From: Octopus vulgaris
Taxonomy: Eukaryota
DNA: 64,000 bases
NCBI GenBank assembly: GCA_951406725.2
Contig: OX597822.1
Coordinates: 83,576,001-83,640,000 of the forward strand
Direction of reading: 5' to 3'
Numbering within the stretch: position 1 is the first letter of the stretch; every line of letters begins with the position of its first letter. Made by a program: the position numbers and the translations under genes. The notes under the pieces are model-generated. The model did not search any database. It was given only the letters and a program-made list of their open reading frames with translations, and was not told where the DNA came from. Of the stretch, positions 13,698-27,026 are shown in pieces.

Positions 13698-14994
13698 ATA
13701 ATACTAACACCTCTCTACTGTATTTTTATCATCCGGCGGCTCTCAACTTTCTGTATTGCTAATCAGCACATAATACCCCGACATACTTCCCAGCTTGTTT
13801 TTATCCCCAACCGTTGTGCATTATTCAGTATTTTATCGACCCCATCCCATCCCTAACTATACCTCATCACTTTTCTTCTCTAAATCGGGACCAACATGCT
13901 ACCTCAACACCGCCATCTTCATTTCTCTTTCAAGTTCTACATTGATTACAATCCACCACAGGTACATAATGTCCTTTATACTCTAACATTTCATCACCTA
14001 AGCTAGTTACCTCCTTCTATACTAAAGTCCCATTTACTTGATGGAGATCTTAATCTTGCGAGCTACATGAAGATTTCACCAGAGCTGCACAGGAAAATAA
14101 AACAGTCCACGCATTCTGTAAAGTCGATGGCACTAGGAATGGAATCAGCTGCAATCATATCAAAGCAGGCATTGGAGCATGAAGCAGTCCTCGAATTTGA
14201 TAAAGCCGTTCAACCGACGCCAGCAGGGAAGGAGGACGTTAAAAAATTATGATAATGAAGGATAATAAACGCACACACAGAAATATACACAAGTACATAC
14301 ACACATACCACACACAAACACACGGCCACACACACAAGAACTCGCATACACATACACATGGAATTTTGTTTGTCATATTGACCGTACTGAATATGCAAGC
14401 GGTTTAAATAGGGTTTTACCTCTCATTAGAGCTCCTAATGTGATGTTAGCGATTATTAACAACATATTTATAATGTTCAAAATTAAAACGTAAAAGCAAC
14501 CACAAGCAACAAATAAAATACACCAATGAAGATAAAATAATGCCATAGCGAAAAAAATCCTTAAAGTTATTAATTACATTGATAACGATGTTATCTCTTG
14601 CCACGTGTGCAACATGGCATCTGATGCAACAAATTTTGATTGATGAATGTTACCATAGAAATTGACACGCTATATAAATATCTCTGACAAAATATGAATA
14701 AAAAAATATATTCATAACAACCGATGTCTTATTTAAGTGTCATATTTGTTCAAATGCAAACCAATTATTTTCTACTTATGGCGATTAAGTTGAATTAATC
14801 TGTTTTTAGCATTTGAAATAGAGCATGCAACAGACATTTTATCAGTATGTCTTCAGTTTAAGACAAATAAAAACATAAATAAACACATGTCATGTATGTT
14901 TATGTAATTACATAAAAAGAAACATTCACTATATTGAATGTAACGTGGATAATATTAATGCGATAGATATGCCTGAACGTGTGCATGTTGGCCA

Positions 14995-15038
<44 letters not shown>

Positions 15039-15040
15039 CG

Positions 15041-15170
15041 AGCAGGCGTGGCTGTGTGGTAAGAAGCTTGTTTCCCAGCCATGTGAATCCGGGTTCAGTC
15101 CCACTGCATGACACCTTGGACAAATGCTTTGTGAGTGGATTTGGAAGACAGAAACTGAAAGAAGCACGTC

Positions 15171-15226
<56 letters not shown>

Positions 15227-15423
15227 CGTGTGTGTGTGTGTGTGTTTCTCAAGTATCACCAAATGACAACCCGTGTAGGCATGCCTACGTCCCCGTTAGA
15301 TAGCGGTTCGGCAAGTAGCAAGCTTAAAAATATAAGTATGGAGATTCGATTCATTCGACTAAAAATTCATCAATGTGGTTCCCTAAGCAATGCCACAAGT
15401 TAAAGACTGAAACGAAGTAAAGG
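15041..15423 (+). mobile_element. SINE family B, full length with an internal (TA)/(TG) microsatellite
   Basis: gcaggcgtggctgtgtggtaagaagc head, CORE-like gacaccttggacaa, and tail gcaatgccacaagttaaagactgaaacgaagtaaag. Confidence 0.85.
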
Positions 15424-15435
15424 ATATATATATAT

Positions 15436-15551
15436 GTCTTTTTAATCCCTTCTGTCGAAGAGTGTAGGCTCGAAACGTAAAATACTTTTCCATTTTCCCG
15501 AGAATTAAAAAAATACACCTGCTTATTGTTCCTACACCTGTAAATTTGAAC
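15436..15551 (+). mobile_element. PLE-derived family P1 terminus with a hammerhead-like motif at 15449-15482
   Basis: cttCTGTCGAagagtgtaggctcGAAAcgtaaaa; ends in gaac then (TA)n like the other P1 copies. Confidence 0.7.
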
Positions 15552-15577
15552 TATATATATGTGTGTGTATATATATT

Positions 15578-15650
<73 letters not shown>

Positions 15651-15701
15651 CATCCTGAGTGTTTGTCTCCTTTTTCACTTTTCCTATATATATATATATA
15701 T

Positions 15702-15826
15702 ACGTATATTTGCCATTTATATTTGGCTAACCCTTAAGGGTGGATGCTACTGTAGTTTGTAGCCCCAGGAGGATAAACTAGCATCCACCCTTAGGGGTTA
15801 GCCATATTTAAATGGCAAATATACGT
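15702..15826. repeat. (TA)n-anchored inverted repeat with 48-bp arms and a 29-bp spacer
   Basis: acgtatatttgccatttatatttggctaacccttaagggtggatgcta versus tagcatccacccttaggggttagccatatttaaatggcaaatatacgt. Confidence 0.9.
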
Positions 15827-15872
15827 CACGATGTGTTGCAGCTACTGGTTATAACTCGCTCTAAGATTTATA

Positions 15873-15935
<63 letters not shown>

Positions 15936-17728
15936 TCCCTAAAGAGAAGCTAGTCTCAATATGCGCAAGTATACATGTAACTATGGTTACATGATGTTAT
16001 TTTATGAATACAAAATACTAAATATACAATATTCTACAATTACTGCGACAAGTTTATCATCCAATCCTATTGAAAGGCGGTTATTAAACATGTGTGTTTA
16101 GGTTTTCCTTGTTCCTGTTTCACAAAAAAATCAAAACTCCAATGTCCATTTAAAATATTTAAACTAATCCCTCACTGCTCGATAATTCAGGTTGCTTTCA
16201 TTTAGTTGTTTGAATTCTAAGACTGATCAAAAATTCTTATTGCTTTTTCTCTTATATTAAAATAGCTTAAGTAAACTTTTGGGTTTTTATATTCTGTCCA
16301 AACCAATAGAAAAATTTCCATTGTTTCCATAATACTTCGATGTTTGATGTGTATTTTAAACTTATTGACCTTATTGAAAATCCTGCGAATTATTCAAACA
16401 AATGTTCCGTTTGCATTAAACTTTTTCTGTAATTTGTTTTTTATTTGCAAGATGATTGAATGTTTTACTGTTCATTTCGAGAAAGATCGACTTTCTTGGC
16501 TTTTAGCTTGACATTTGAAACTCTTTGAATTAGTTCCCCAAATATTTATCAACATATACATACATACGTAATTAAAAGTATGTATTATGTACGTATGTAA
16601 AGTGTTAACCTACGTGAAATCTACGTAACTTTTGTAGAAGTGAAATCAAGTGAAAAATAGAAACCGAATCGGAAACAAAATTACGAATTGGTACTTTTAT
16701 AAATGGCATACGTAAATCAGTAAATAATACATTATTTCAATCGAGACCAAGTTCACAATGGACAACGATATGTGCATGCGCGCGCTCGTGTGTGTTTGTG
16801 TCCATATGTATATATTTGAACAGATATTGACTTTCACTATATATGTGTATATAAACCTATGTTGACACACTGAGGAATTGCAACAAATCAATACACACAC
16901 AAATATTTGACGACCAACATTATAGTAAATCCGAAGCTTTACAAAGAAGTGGATTTACAGATAACATCGTATAAATGCTACTCTCTAACAATGACTTAGA
17001 ATAGGAACTGTCCTTCAGAAACACTTCGTAGTATAATCACTCGCATAAATACGAGAGAGCTACTCCAATAGCTTAGATAATTTTTCATTATTCTTGAAGC
17101 ACTTCACTCCGTGATACATGCTTCTGTTTTAGTTACAAACTGCATAATAGCAAAGCTAATTGTGAAAGTAATAGTAACACGAGCAGCTAATACACCTGTA
17201 CTTGTTTCATAATTGTTCCTTCTACTGGTTAGATAAGAATATTATCTATAAATGTATAGTTAGAATTAACTCCTGCCATAAACTGCTTAGTGACTTAACT
17301 GCCTGCAACCTGAAGGCTAGATACCACCGTCACACATAAACATTCAGAATCCATCTACATATAATTATATCACTTTATCTGGTTATCTGTTGCAGCTGAA
17401 AGGAACCAATGTGCCATATGACAAACAAAAGAGTATTATTGAAAAGTTATACCATATTTGAGTAATAGTTACTCGTGTAACAAAAGAACAATTCAATTTG
17501 CGTTTGCTAAAAGTACATACATAAAAGTACATACATAAAAGTACATAAAAATAGTACATACATAAATGTAAATAAAAATACATAGTAAGAAGATGAAAGT
17601 AAGCTGCGGCGTGTAATCATTGGATCTATAAAACAAACATAGACTCTGGTGGATAATATTATTGTTATAACGATTCAGGCGTCTTCTGCATCATCAGGAA
17701 TTACTTTTGAAGCAAATAATTTATTCAC

Positions 17729-17729
<1 letters not shown>

Positions 17730-17773
<44 letters not shown>

Positions 17774-17796
17774 CATCATTATTATTATTATTATTA

Positions 17797-17830
<34 letters not shown>

Positions 17831-17853
17831 CATCATCATCATCGTCATAATCA

Positions 17854-17884
<31 letters not shown>

Positions 17885-17916
17885 CATCATCATCATCATC
17901 ATCATTATTATCATCA

Positions 17917-17991
<75 letters not shown>
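17730..17991. repeat. (TTA/TCA)n microsatellite
   Basis: Direct reading; explains the poly-I ORF 17649..18233. Confidence 0.95.
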
Positions 17992-17992
<1 letters not shown>

Positions 17993-18730
17993 TAGCAGGA
18001 CAAAATATTGTATAGAAACATTACGAATAACTTTGAAACGAAATGGTCAGTGTAGATTCATTCAGATTCAAGACCTTGGGAGACTTTTGTCTAGTATTAT
18101 CTTTCTGCTACTTGACCATAAACTGTCTACTGCCAAAGTAACTAATTTGCGCCATTGTTTTTTTTTTTTTTACTCAGAGTATAAATTGTTCCACATTTTC
18201 GTAAGACTTCGTAGATTTCTAAGCTATTACTAAAACTGAAAATTTATTCATCCTTATATTTTGTTATTCATCGACAGCCACATCCATTGTGAAGACCATG
18301 CGTATATATGGATAATAATGTTTTAATATTTGGCTCATATATTTTAATCTTTATAATTAATATTTTTAATATAATCTTAACATCAATTTTAATTTCTGTT
18401 ATTTGTTTTTAAAATCATTTGTAATGTTTTGTATTTGTTTTTAATTATACAATTATTAATTATACACTAATGTTATACATCGCGTTCTAATTCCATTTCG
18501 TAAATCAATATTGATTTATAGATTTGTTTTAATTAATTGACTTACACTTCAACAAGTTTTAATAAACAACAATTTTTTAATTAAGAAGTTATAGCGAATT
18601 TGATCATTATGACAATAATTTTTACTTTTTTATTTCTTTTCCATTTACATAATTTGTCTTACCAGGCTTTGATATTTTAATGATTTCAGATTTATATTTC
18701 TTGTCATTTTTATCTGTTTCATTTAGATAG

Positions 18731-18954
<224 letters not shown>

Positions 18955-19854
18955 GCTTGTCTCTCTGTCTGTGTATACATCTATCTATTTCTTTATTCCT
19001 CTTTCTCTTTCTCACTACGTACACGCACACACACGCACACACACACACACTCATACAAACACACACACACTCACACAGACATAGGTATGTATTCGGTAGT
19101 ATGCCTTGATACAGTGCACCTTACCATCTACTTTCAATGTCCAGATTTGAATTTTGCTCGTATACCCGCATTCTTTTAACATCGCATTTTTCTTGCGGAG
19201 ATAGAAAGTTATGAAGATATTTGAATAGGGACAAAACTTATTGCTGATATTTTGAATGCACTAAATACGCGCGTTTCACACAGTTACCTAACAACTCTTT
19301 ATGCAGATAACATTCTCTTCAGTCGTTATAAGTGAAATGCATTGGTGTACTTATGTGCTAATGTATATGGTAGTGTAGTTTTTTTTTTTAAAAAAACGCA
19401 TAAAACCTTAGAAAGTACCTAAGAAACAAAAAACAGAAAATGTTAAAAGAGACTATAGCAGCGTAAGACGCAGCAGTTAAAAATAATTGAAAGAAAAGAT
19501 AAATAAATAAATAGAAATTATACTTCGACCATAGAAAGAGAGAAGTGAATACTAAATTGAAATTTTGTGCCAAAAGATGCGACAATCCATACTTAAATAA
19601 ACTAGTTAATATGATGCCTTTGCTGATAAGACCCTAAGAAAATTAAGGATTCACGGCATTTCTGACCAAATCATATCGCATTTCAATTTACGAAAATCCT
19701 TATTAGGCTAATGCACTGTTTGAAATTTGTCAGTTCATAAACTAGACTAGAGATAGATTTCAGCATTTAGATATATCGTGTGATAAACTGAGGGTTTCAT
19801 TAATTGCAAAATTGGAAGGTACAGTTAACGATACTCTTAATATTAATAAAAGTA

Positions 19855-19917
<63 letters not shown>

Positions 19918-20068
19918 GTTCCCGTAATCTAGCAGTTCGGCAAAAGAGCCCGATAGAATAAATATTAGGCTTACAAAGAACAAATCCTCTGGTCGATTTC
20001 TTCAACTAAAATCCTTTAAGGCGGTGCTCCAGCATGGCAACAGCCAAATGACTGAAGCAAGTAAAAGG
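19918..20068 (+). mobile_element. SINE family B, 3' half
   Basis: cccgtaatctagcagttcggcaaaagag...ggcggtgctccagcatggcaacagccaaatgactgaagcaagtaaaag. Confidence 0.85.
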
Positions 20069-20143
20069 ATATATATATATAAATACATATATATATATAT
20101 ACATATAAATATATATGTGTGTGTATATATATTTATGTATATG

Positions 20144-20204
<61 letters not shown>

Positions 20205-20208
<4 letters not shown>

Positions 20209-20450
20209 CCAACAATTGAGGGTAAAATTAATTATTAATCAATTTCACCAAGTGTTCAGTATGCAAAGGGACCATTTAAGGCGAATTCAAATTATTACAT
20301 TATATAAAAGGGCTTAGTAAAATAAATTACTTCGCCGCATACTGAACTCATTAGAAATAGCAGCTAAAAAACTTTTTTAAAGCTATTTCTAATACTTAAA
20401 GAAAATCTCTCTCATATATAGCGTTTGCTTAATTCAACTCACAAAAATAT
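20205..20450. mobile_element. (TA)n-anchored structured terminus (group Q), probably PLE-derived
   Basis: Stems gttcagtatgc/gcatactgaac (20254-20264 / 20337-20347) and attagaaatagc/gctatttctaat (20350-20393); related in layout to 22098-22270, 30365-30541, 31998-32180 and 41011-41081. Confidence 0.55.
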
Positions 20451-20809
20451 ATATAGCGGAAGTTGTCTCAAATCAAATCAAATCCTGACAGATGCCATAT
20501 GTTCTCCAATCACCCAAAATCTTTTGTAACCAACATTACGCCAACAACTATTCTAGATTAATAAGGGACATATTGCCTGATTTTAAATCTAGCTGCAATT
20601 TGAACATCAAGGGTTGTTACATTTACACTCAAATGGATCACTTCCAGAAAAACGAAAAGGAAGAGACGAAAATTTAACCAAATATAAATAAAAATGGAAG
20701 ACGTGTACCAGAGAATGTAGGCTATGCCTATCATAGTAGATCACGGCATGAAGTCCTGTAAAAGATATCTATTATGTCACCAATGGGTGATTGTTTTATG
20801 TTTTATTGG

Positions 20810-21175
20810 TTCTCGGCATAAGGATACAGCCATACTGGTGCAGCTTCTTTAAAGGGTTTAGCCTAAGAAATCGACACCAGTCTTTATATTTTAAGTCTGA
20901 TAATTATTCTCTGAATTATTTTGGCCGCTTTGCTAGGTTAATTACGGGGAAATAAACAAACCAACACCTTCTTTCAAGCAATTGCACACACACACGCAGG
21001 TATGTAAATACGAAGGACTTCCATAAAGTTTCCGTCTACCAAATTCATTGAGAAGGCATTGGTTGGTTCGAGGCTATAGTAGAAGGTCCTTGCCCAAAGG
21101 GCCGCACATCGGACTGAAGACGAAACCGCTTAATTTCAAAGCGAGTTTCTTAAACACTCAGTAATATTTGCGCCT
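20810..21175 (-). mobile_element. SINE family B, diverged
   Basis: agtttccgtctaccaaattc..ggctatagtagaag..cttgcccaaag..gcgcctg, the reverse complement of the family B body and head. Confidence 0.8.
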
Positions 21176-21599
21176 GCTGTTTTTATTTATTGTAGCAGTT
21201 ACAATTCATATAGGTTCTACGGCAACTCATATTTCATTTTGGTGATAAAAAACATAAACAAGCAAACTGATTTATCAAAATGTAATAAACAGGTTTTAGA
21301 TTATTTCATTACTTCCTATTTCTCTTTCAGCAATAACTCAATGCAATAAAGTTCTCATTGAGACAGGTGTCTGCTTTTTTTTACATCTAAAATCCTAATG
21401 CAGAATATATTCAATGTGAATTAATACGTAATCATAAATATTCATACGTTGTGACAAGGAGTATTGGACAGAAAATTTCCAGACTGTAATCAATTATATC
21501 AAAAATGACTTCAAGAAGATCATACTCTGATGCACTTCTAAAATCTAGTCTAGTTACATCAACAATTTTCTTTGGGTAGACAGACTTACATTGTATCAT

Positions 21600-21658
<59 letters not shown>

Positions 21659-21706
21659 TATATATATAAAATAAAAAATGACAACAAAAGTGTTAGACCT
21701 CGATAG

Positions 21707-21780
<74 letters not shown>

Positions 21781-21781
<1 letters not shown>

Positions 21782-21873
21782 TTTCTTCCCTTCTTTCCTG
21801 GGCGTCCAATAAAGCTTTATTTGTTCCACGTCCTCGCGTTGCTGTGTTTTTTTTTTAGTTTTCTTGTTTGGAT

Positions 21874-21877
<4 letters not shown>
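21781..21877 (+). mobile_element. PLE-derived family P2 3' terminus between (TA)n arrays
   Basis: Homologous to the reverse complement of 51565-51660; both end in tttggattaac followed by (TA)n. Confidence 0.75.
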
Positions 21878-21932
<55 letters not shown>

Positions 21933-22270
21933 CATACATATAAGAGGGATGACCACTAAGTGGACATCCAATATATTAGAAGTCGACCCCCGATGGTCTT
22001 CTTTTGTATCTTTTCATTTGTTTTGCTCGCTTACTTTCTGGCGTTTGCTAAATTTTCATGGGAACATTTCTTTCTTAGTTGTAAGACCATAGGGAAGCGA
22101 CTTCTAGCATATTGGATGTCCACTTAGTGGTCATCCAACTTATATGTATGTAATATAATTTTTCTTCATCTTCAGATTTTTCTATATGCTAGACCACTGG
22201 TTTTAAATTGATATTAATCAAATTGATATTCAATTTTTCACCTTTAATATTTTAAATTTAATACTTTAAA
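21933..22270 (-). mobile_element. Group Q terminus with an inverted partial duplication (about 53-bp arms at 21933-21985 and 22098-22151)
   Basis: catacatataag.gggatgaccactaagtggacatccaatat..tagaagtcg and its reverse complement; (TA)n on both flanks. Confidence 0.7.
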
Positions 22271-22272
22271 TT

Positions 22273-22335
<63 letters not shown>

Positions 22336-22375
22336 TTATTTGTGTGCGTGTATGTGTGTGTGTTTGTGTGTGTAG

Positions 22376-22522
22376 TATAGGACAATCAGTAAATTGTCAA
22401 ACGGTCGAGATGAGAGCTTCGAGACATTTTCATCAAAATAGCCAATGAAAATACCTCGAAGATCTTAGATCCGTCATTTGAAACTCTGAGTTCTATTATG
22501 ACAACTTGCTGATTGTCCTATA
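22376..22522 (+). mobile_element. Short element with 24-bp terminal inverted repeats enclosing a hammerhead-like motif (22437-22497)
   Basis: tataggacaatcagtaaattgtca / tgacaacttgctgattgtcctata (22 of 24 match); inside is aatag-CCAATGA-stem-GAAA-ctctgag-TT-ctatt. Confidence 0.7.
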
Positions 22523-22574
22523 TTATATATATATATATATAAATATTTTATATATAGAGATATATATTTATATG

Positions 22575-22641
22575 TGGGAATCGAAACCGCGATCCTACGA
22601 CTGCGAGTCCGCTGCCCTTACCACTGGGCCAATGCGTCTCC
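22575..22641 (-). mobile_element. Isolated tRNA-like SINE head, related to 40093-40402
   Basis: ggagacgcattggcccagtggtaagggcagcggactcgcagtcgtaggatcgcggtttcgattccca; it lacks the 3' acceptor stem and is flanked by microsatellite. Confidence 0.75.
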
Positions 22642-22653
22642 ACGTATATATAT

Positions 22654-22685
<32 letters not shown>

Positions 22686-22686
22686 C

Positions 22687-22740
<54 letters not shown>

Positions 22741-22825
22741 TACATATGCACATATATACATTCACGCTGGTACATGTATAATCATGGGTATATATAGACC
22801 CGCGCACACATGCATATACACACAT

Positions 22826-22907
<82 letters not shown>

Positions 22908-23578
22908 ATATATGCATGTGTATATGCATATATCTGTCTCTGTGTGTGTGCGCGCGTTTGTATACTTAATGCAAACAATATTCTAGAAAGCCAAAGGTGT
23001 ACTGCTATATAGTTGATAGCCGAGGAAAATGTTGACTAACGTCTTTCAGGTTTACTTGGTTTCTTTTTTACCTTTAATTACTAGTAGCAAGACATTATTT
23101 TGTGTAGCTGGAGTTGTGAATGATAATTAGATTCAATGTAGATAGATCAAGGAAGTAATTCTATAGAGTTGGAGGCTAGTACCAAAATATCTTTCGTACG
23201 AGGTGCCTTATGGTAGAGTGATTTATTTCGGTTTGAACTAGAGTTTCATTCATGTTTAGGTTTCAGTGAGTGTAAACTGATGTGTGAAATTCAGATCACG
23301 ACATTTTTGCTATAGGAACTTGGATTTTTCTAAATTTTAGGATTCACAAAAGAATGTTTATACATTATCCAATTACTCAAGCACTATAGATCAGATTGTG
23401 TTTAAATTGGTGTTGGAGAAATATCATAGTGGGTATTTTAGAAAAGTTAAGATTGAGGAAATTACATCATAAGTAAATATGGAGGCCTTCTATCCTACTC
23501 CTAGCGTGCCTATTGATATACATGCACAAACACACATATACACACACATACAAACGAACATGAACTTGTATATATAAA

Positions 23579-23654
<76 letters not shown>

Positions 23655-23657
<3 letters not shown>

Positions 23658-24574
23658 GGGTTGGACAAAATAATGGAAACACCTGGCCTCATAGCATCAT
23701 AATTTTGAAATATCTATAAAACCGTCAAAAGCTTTTTTGTGCTTTATATTAGTGTTGTTTAACATGTTTTGCTACAAATGGTGTTTCTTTTCAAATGTCA
23801 TCAGAAAAAAGGTAATTAAAATTCATTAAAATGACAGATCTATCGGACTTTCAAAGAGGTCAAATTGTTGGTGCTCGTATGGCAGGCGCTAGCGTAACGA
23901 AAACAGCCGAAATGTTTGGTGTATCAAGAAGTAACGTCTCAAAAGTAATGACACCCTTTGAGATAGAGAGATAGAGAAAAACACCTTCTCGTCGAAAGAA
24001 AATTCCAGAAGTAATCCAAAACTTTCAGATAGGGACCGTCGAACTCTTATGCGAATTGTTAGGAAGGATCACAAAAGTACAGCTCCTAAAATTACTGCAT
24101 AGCTTAATGACAACCTCGGGAACCCAGTTTCCACAAAAACTGTTCGCCGGGATCTGCACAAAACCGGATTTTACGGGAGGGCTGCAATCAGAAAAAATGT
24201 ATTCTCCAAAAACAAACGTTGCTAAGCCTTTAGAGTGGAGTAAAAACCTACATAATTGGTCTTTAGAGTAGTGGAAGAATGTTATTTTCTGAGATGAGTC
24301 ACCCTTTACCTTGTTTCCGATCACTAGCCGAGTATACTTGTGGAGACAGCCAAAAGAAGTATTTGACTCAGACTGCGTTCTTCCAACTGTTAAACATGGA
24401 GGAAGATCTGTGATGATCTGGGGTGGGGGTCATCTTGGAAATCTGCCGACCCACTGGTTTCCTTTCATGGCAGAATTAATAGTCAAGACTATTTAAGCAT
24501 TTTATCTGATCAAATTCATCCTATGGTTGCGGAAGTGTTTCCCGAGGGAAAAGCAATCTTTCAAGATGATAATG
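23655..24574 (+). mobile_element. Tc1-family transposon, 3'-truncated, with a pseudogenised transposase
   Basis: TIR-like start caggggttggacaaaataatggaaacacct; ATG at 23831 MTDLSDFQRGQIVGARMAGASVTKTAEMFGVS (HTH), WKNVIF*DES, PTVKHGGRSVMIWG, AIFQDDN (second catalytic D), where it ends. Confidence 0.92.
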
Positions 24575-26554
24575 AGTGAAATGGAATATGTGACAGTCAA
24601 ATATCTCCCTCATTGTAGATGTGGCTTTTATTAAATGAGTCACGCAAATTTGTTTAGCTATTCTTATAAAATCTTAGAATTTTAAAAGTTTCAGACTTCG
24701 TAGACGTTCAGTGGATGCTCCTACATTCGATTGCTGAGTGTGAAGACGGGCATCTGTGGGATGAAAAGAATAGAAACCCTGGTGCATAGCTGCTAGCATT
24801 GTAAACGTGAGCTGACTTACGCCTTCTGGATTGAGCTAGTACTTATTGCGTGATAATGGCAGCATAAATATCCGGCATAATATCATCTTCGAATATCAAA
24901 ACGTTAACCACTTTTGGTTTTTGTGATTCTCTGAAAGCTTACGGTAAACCTTCAATAGCTTTTCTTGAGATTCAGAGTGCTTTATTCCAGGAACATTTCT
25001 CTTGACGACACCACACTTGGTGTGAAGTGAAAGCTGCCCATTAACTCCGATTTAAGTAAAAACATTTGCAACAGAGTTGCGCACAGGTTTTTATTCAGTG
25101 AAACTCTAACTTTGATAGAAATATATATTTATAAATCTCGTCTCCAAATGTCTGCTGATTTTATGGATACAAATCAACAGAAATTGTAATCTTTGAAATG
25201 ACTCCATAGTTTACCTGAAACCGTTCCATCAGAAATCCTGTAAAATGTGATCGAAAGCCCAAATGCATTCATGGTACACGATTGATTGAAGGCATAAACG
25301 CAGAACAAGATTTTATTCCAGCTGTGAGCCAAGTTGCAGCAATTCCAGTTGTGGTCACTGCAATAACAATTAATTGGAGTGAACGAAAACATTCTGCAAA
25401 ATTATGCCGACCAAAACAATCTTCTCTGATGCATCACAGACATTAAATAAATCTATTCCTTCTACTTCAGGTGTCACTAACTGTTTCATTTTCGTATAAA
25501 CAATTATTTACCTGTAGCAAGAAAGAATTGATTCCAATAGATACACTGCTCGAGTTTGCTGTCTTTCTTTTAGTTATTTTATGGCAAATGTCAGTGTCTC
25601 CTTCAATGCCTTCTATTGTTTGGTATTGTAAACTTAAATTCAGTCGCCAGGTTACGACCTTCGCCTTCCTATCTCTTCTACATAACTTCGAAATAAACAT
25701 AAATTCTCTAAATCCCAGACAGTGAAAGAGTATAAAAACAGACAGCAGCATAATAGAATGTTTAAGTGGTGGACGTACTGCAAACCAAGCAAGTAACCCC
25801 GACCACCATATTCTATTTATCGCAATTGCTTCAGTTAAACCGGTTTCTTCTACTTTTGGTCTCCATTTTCCTTTTTATTGTTCCTCTCTCGCTATTTTCT
25901 CTCTTTTCTTCTCATTTATCTTCTTTTTGCATGATGTAACATAATTATCAGACATGAACTTATATGTCTCCGAATGTTATGTTCCACTCGGATATAATTG
26001 CGATGTTATTTTTGCTTATCCACCGCATCTGCAACTTCTGTTCCTACTGCCTGTTCATTTAACAACTGTCTATTGTTTTCTACCGTCTTGCTGCAAGGAA
26101 CTAGAAGCAGAAAGAATGCACAAATGCGCGCAAACACATAGGGATATGTACAGTCAGAGACAGACTGAATAAAATTAGTGTGTGCGTTTAGGGTGAGGGA
26201 AATAGATGAAAGAAACAGAAAAACTGGAGAAATTAATCTAAAGAGGGCAGAAAAGCAATAAAAAATCGAAGAAAGAATAGGAAAACCCCCAGAAAGAAAG
26301 CAATAACGAAATAATCAGTAAATATAAAATTTAACGGTAAATAAAAGAGAATCAAAAGATACGGAACTTAATGGAATAAACTCGGATTGTATGAAGTCAA
26401 TAATGTTGGTTCTCTAAAACGAGTTTATCTACCAAGCATTGGTTTTTGACTCCTGAAAGATCGCATAAAACGAAAATCTTTGAGCTACAAGGGAGGCCAT
26501 TACTTTCTTTACAGTATCTATCGGTATTCTCTGTGAAACAATAAATGCGTGCAT

Positions 26555-26638
<84 letters not shown>

Positions 26639-26708
26639 ATATATATATATGTGTGTGGGGGGGGTGTATGTGTATGCATATACATACACACATATATATA
26701 TGTATAAG

Positions 26709-26885
26709 TTGGGTTGGTGCATAATTATTGCGGATTTTTTCAACAAATTTTATTCAACAAAAGCAAAAACAATATTTAACAAAAACATCTTTAAATGTCG
26801 GTCTGACCGTCTGCCAAGCAAATGGGAAGCCAGTAATTGAAGTAGATGGTGAATATGCTCTGGAATAATCATTTAAAGATGTTTT
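26709..26885. mobile_element. Internally deleted mariner fragment
   Basis: ttgggttggtgcataattattgcgg resembles a mariner TIR; a transposase C-terminus-like DRLPSKWEA..EVDGEYALE*; aaaaacatctttaaatg is inverted at catttaaagatgttttt. Confidence 0.75.
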
Positions 26886-26919
26886 TATATATATATGGTG
26901 AGATATGTATGCACATATG

Positions 26920-26958
<39 letters not shown>

Positions 26959-26976
26959 TATATATATATATATAGT

Positions 26977-27026
<50 letters not shown>

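Noticed and set aside
13720-14060. RTE-like LINE relics here and at about 1100-1440, 39340-39900, 55330-55550 and 57590-57760
   Set aside because: Only faint motif echoes; too degraded to call by eye
15436-15990. CRISPR-like alternation of repeats and unique spacers
   Set aside because: The repeats are variable-length (TA)n, the context is eukaryotic and there are no cas genes
16050-16260. Helitron PIF1 helicase relic on the minus strand (KQLNES..FFCETGTRKT resembling Walker A)
   Set aside because: Only one weak motif with stops; not supportable without a profile search
17396-17461. Terminal exon LKGTNVPYDKQKSIIEKLYHI* after tgttgcag
   Set aside because: Too short, with no partner exons or recognisable homology
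20241-20360. Hammerhead on the minus strand (CTAATGA-gttcagtatgc..gcatactgaac..GAAA)
   Set aside because: Seven extra nucleotides separate helix II from GAAA and helices I/III do not form; treated as the separate group Q structure
22575-22641. tRNA gene with a CGC anticodon
   Set aside because: No 3' acceptor stem; similar to the head of the SINE at 40093-40402
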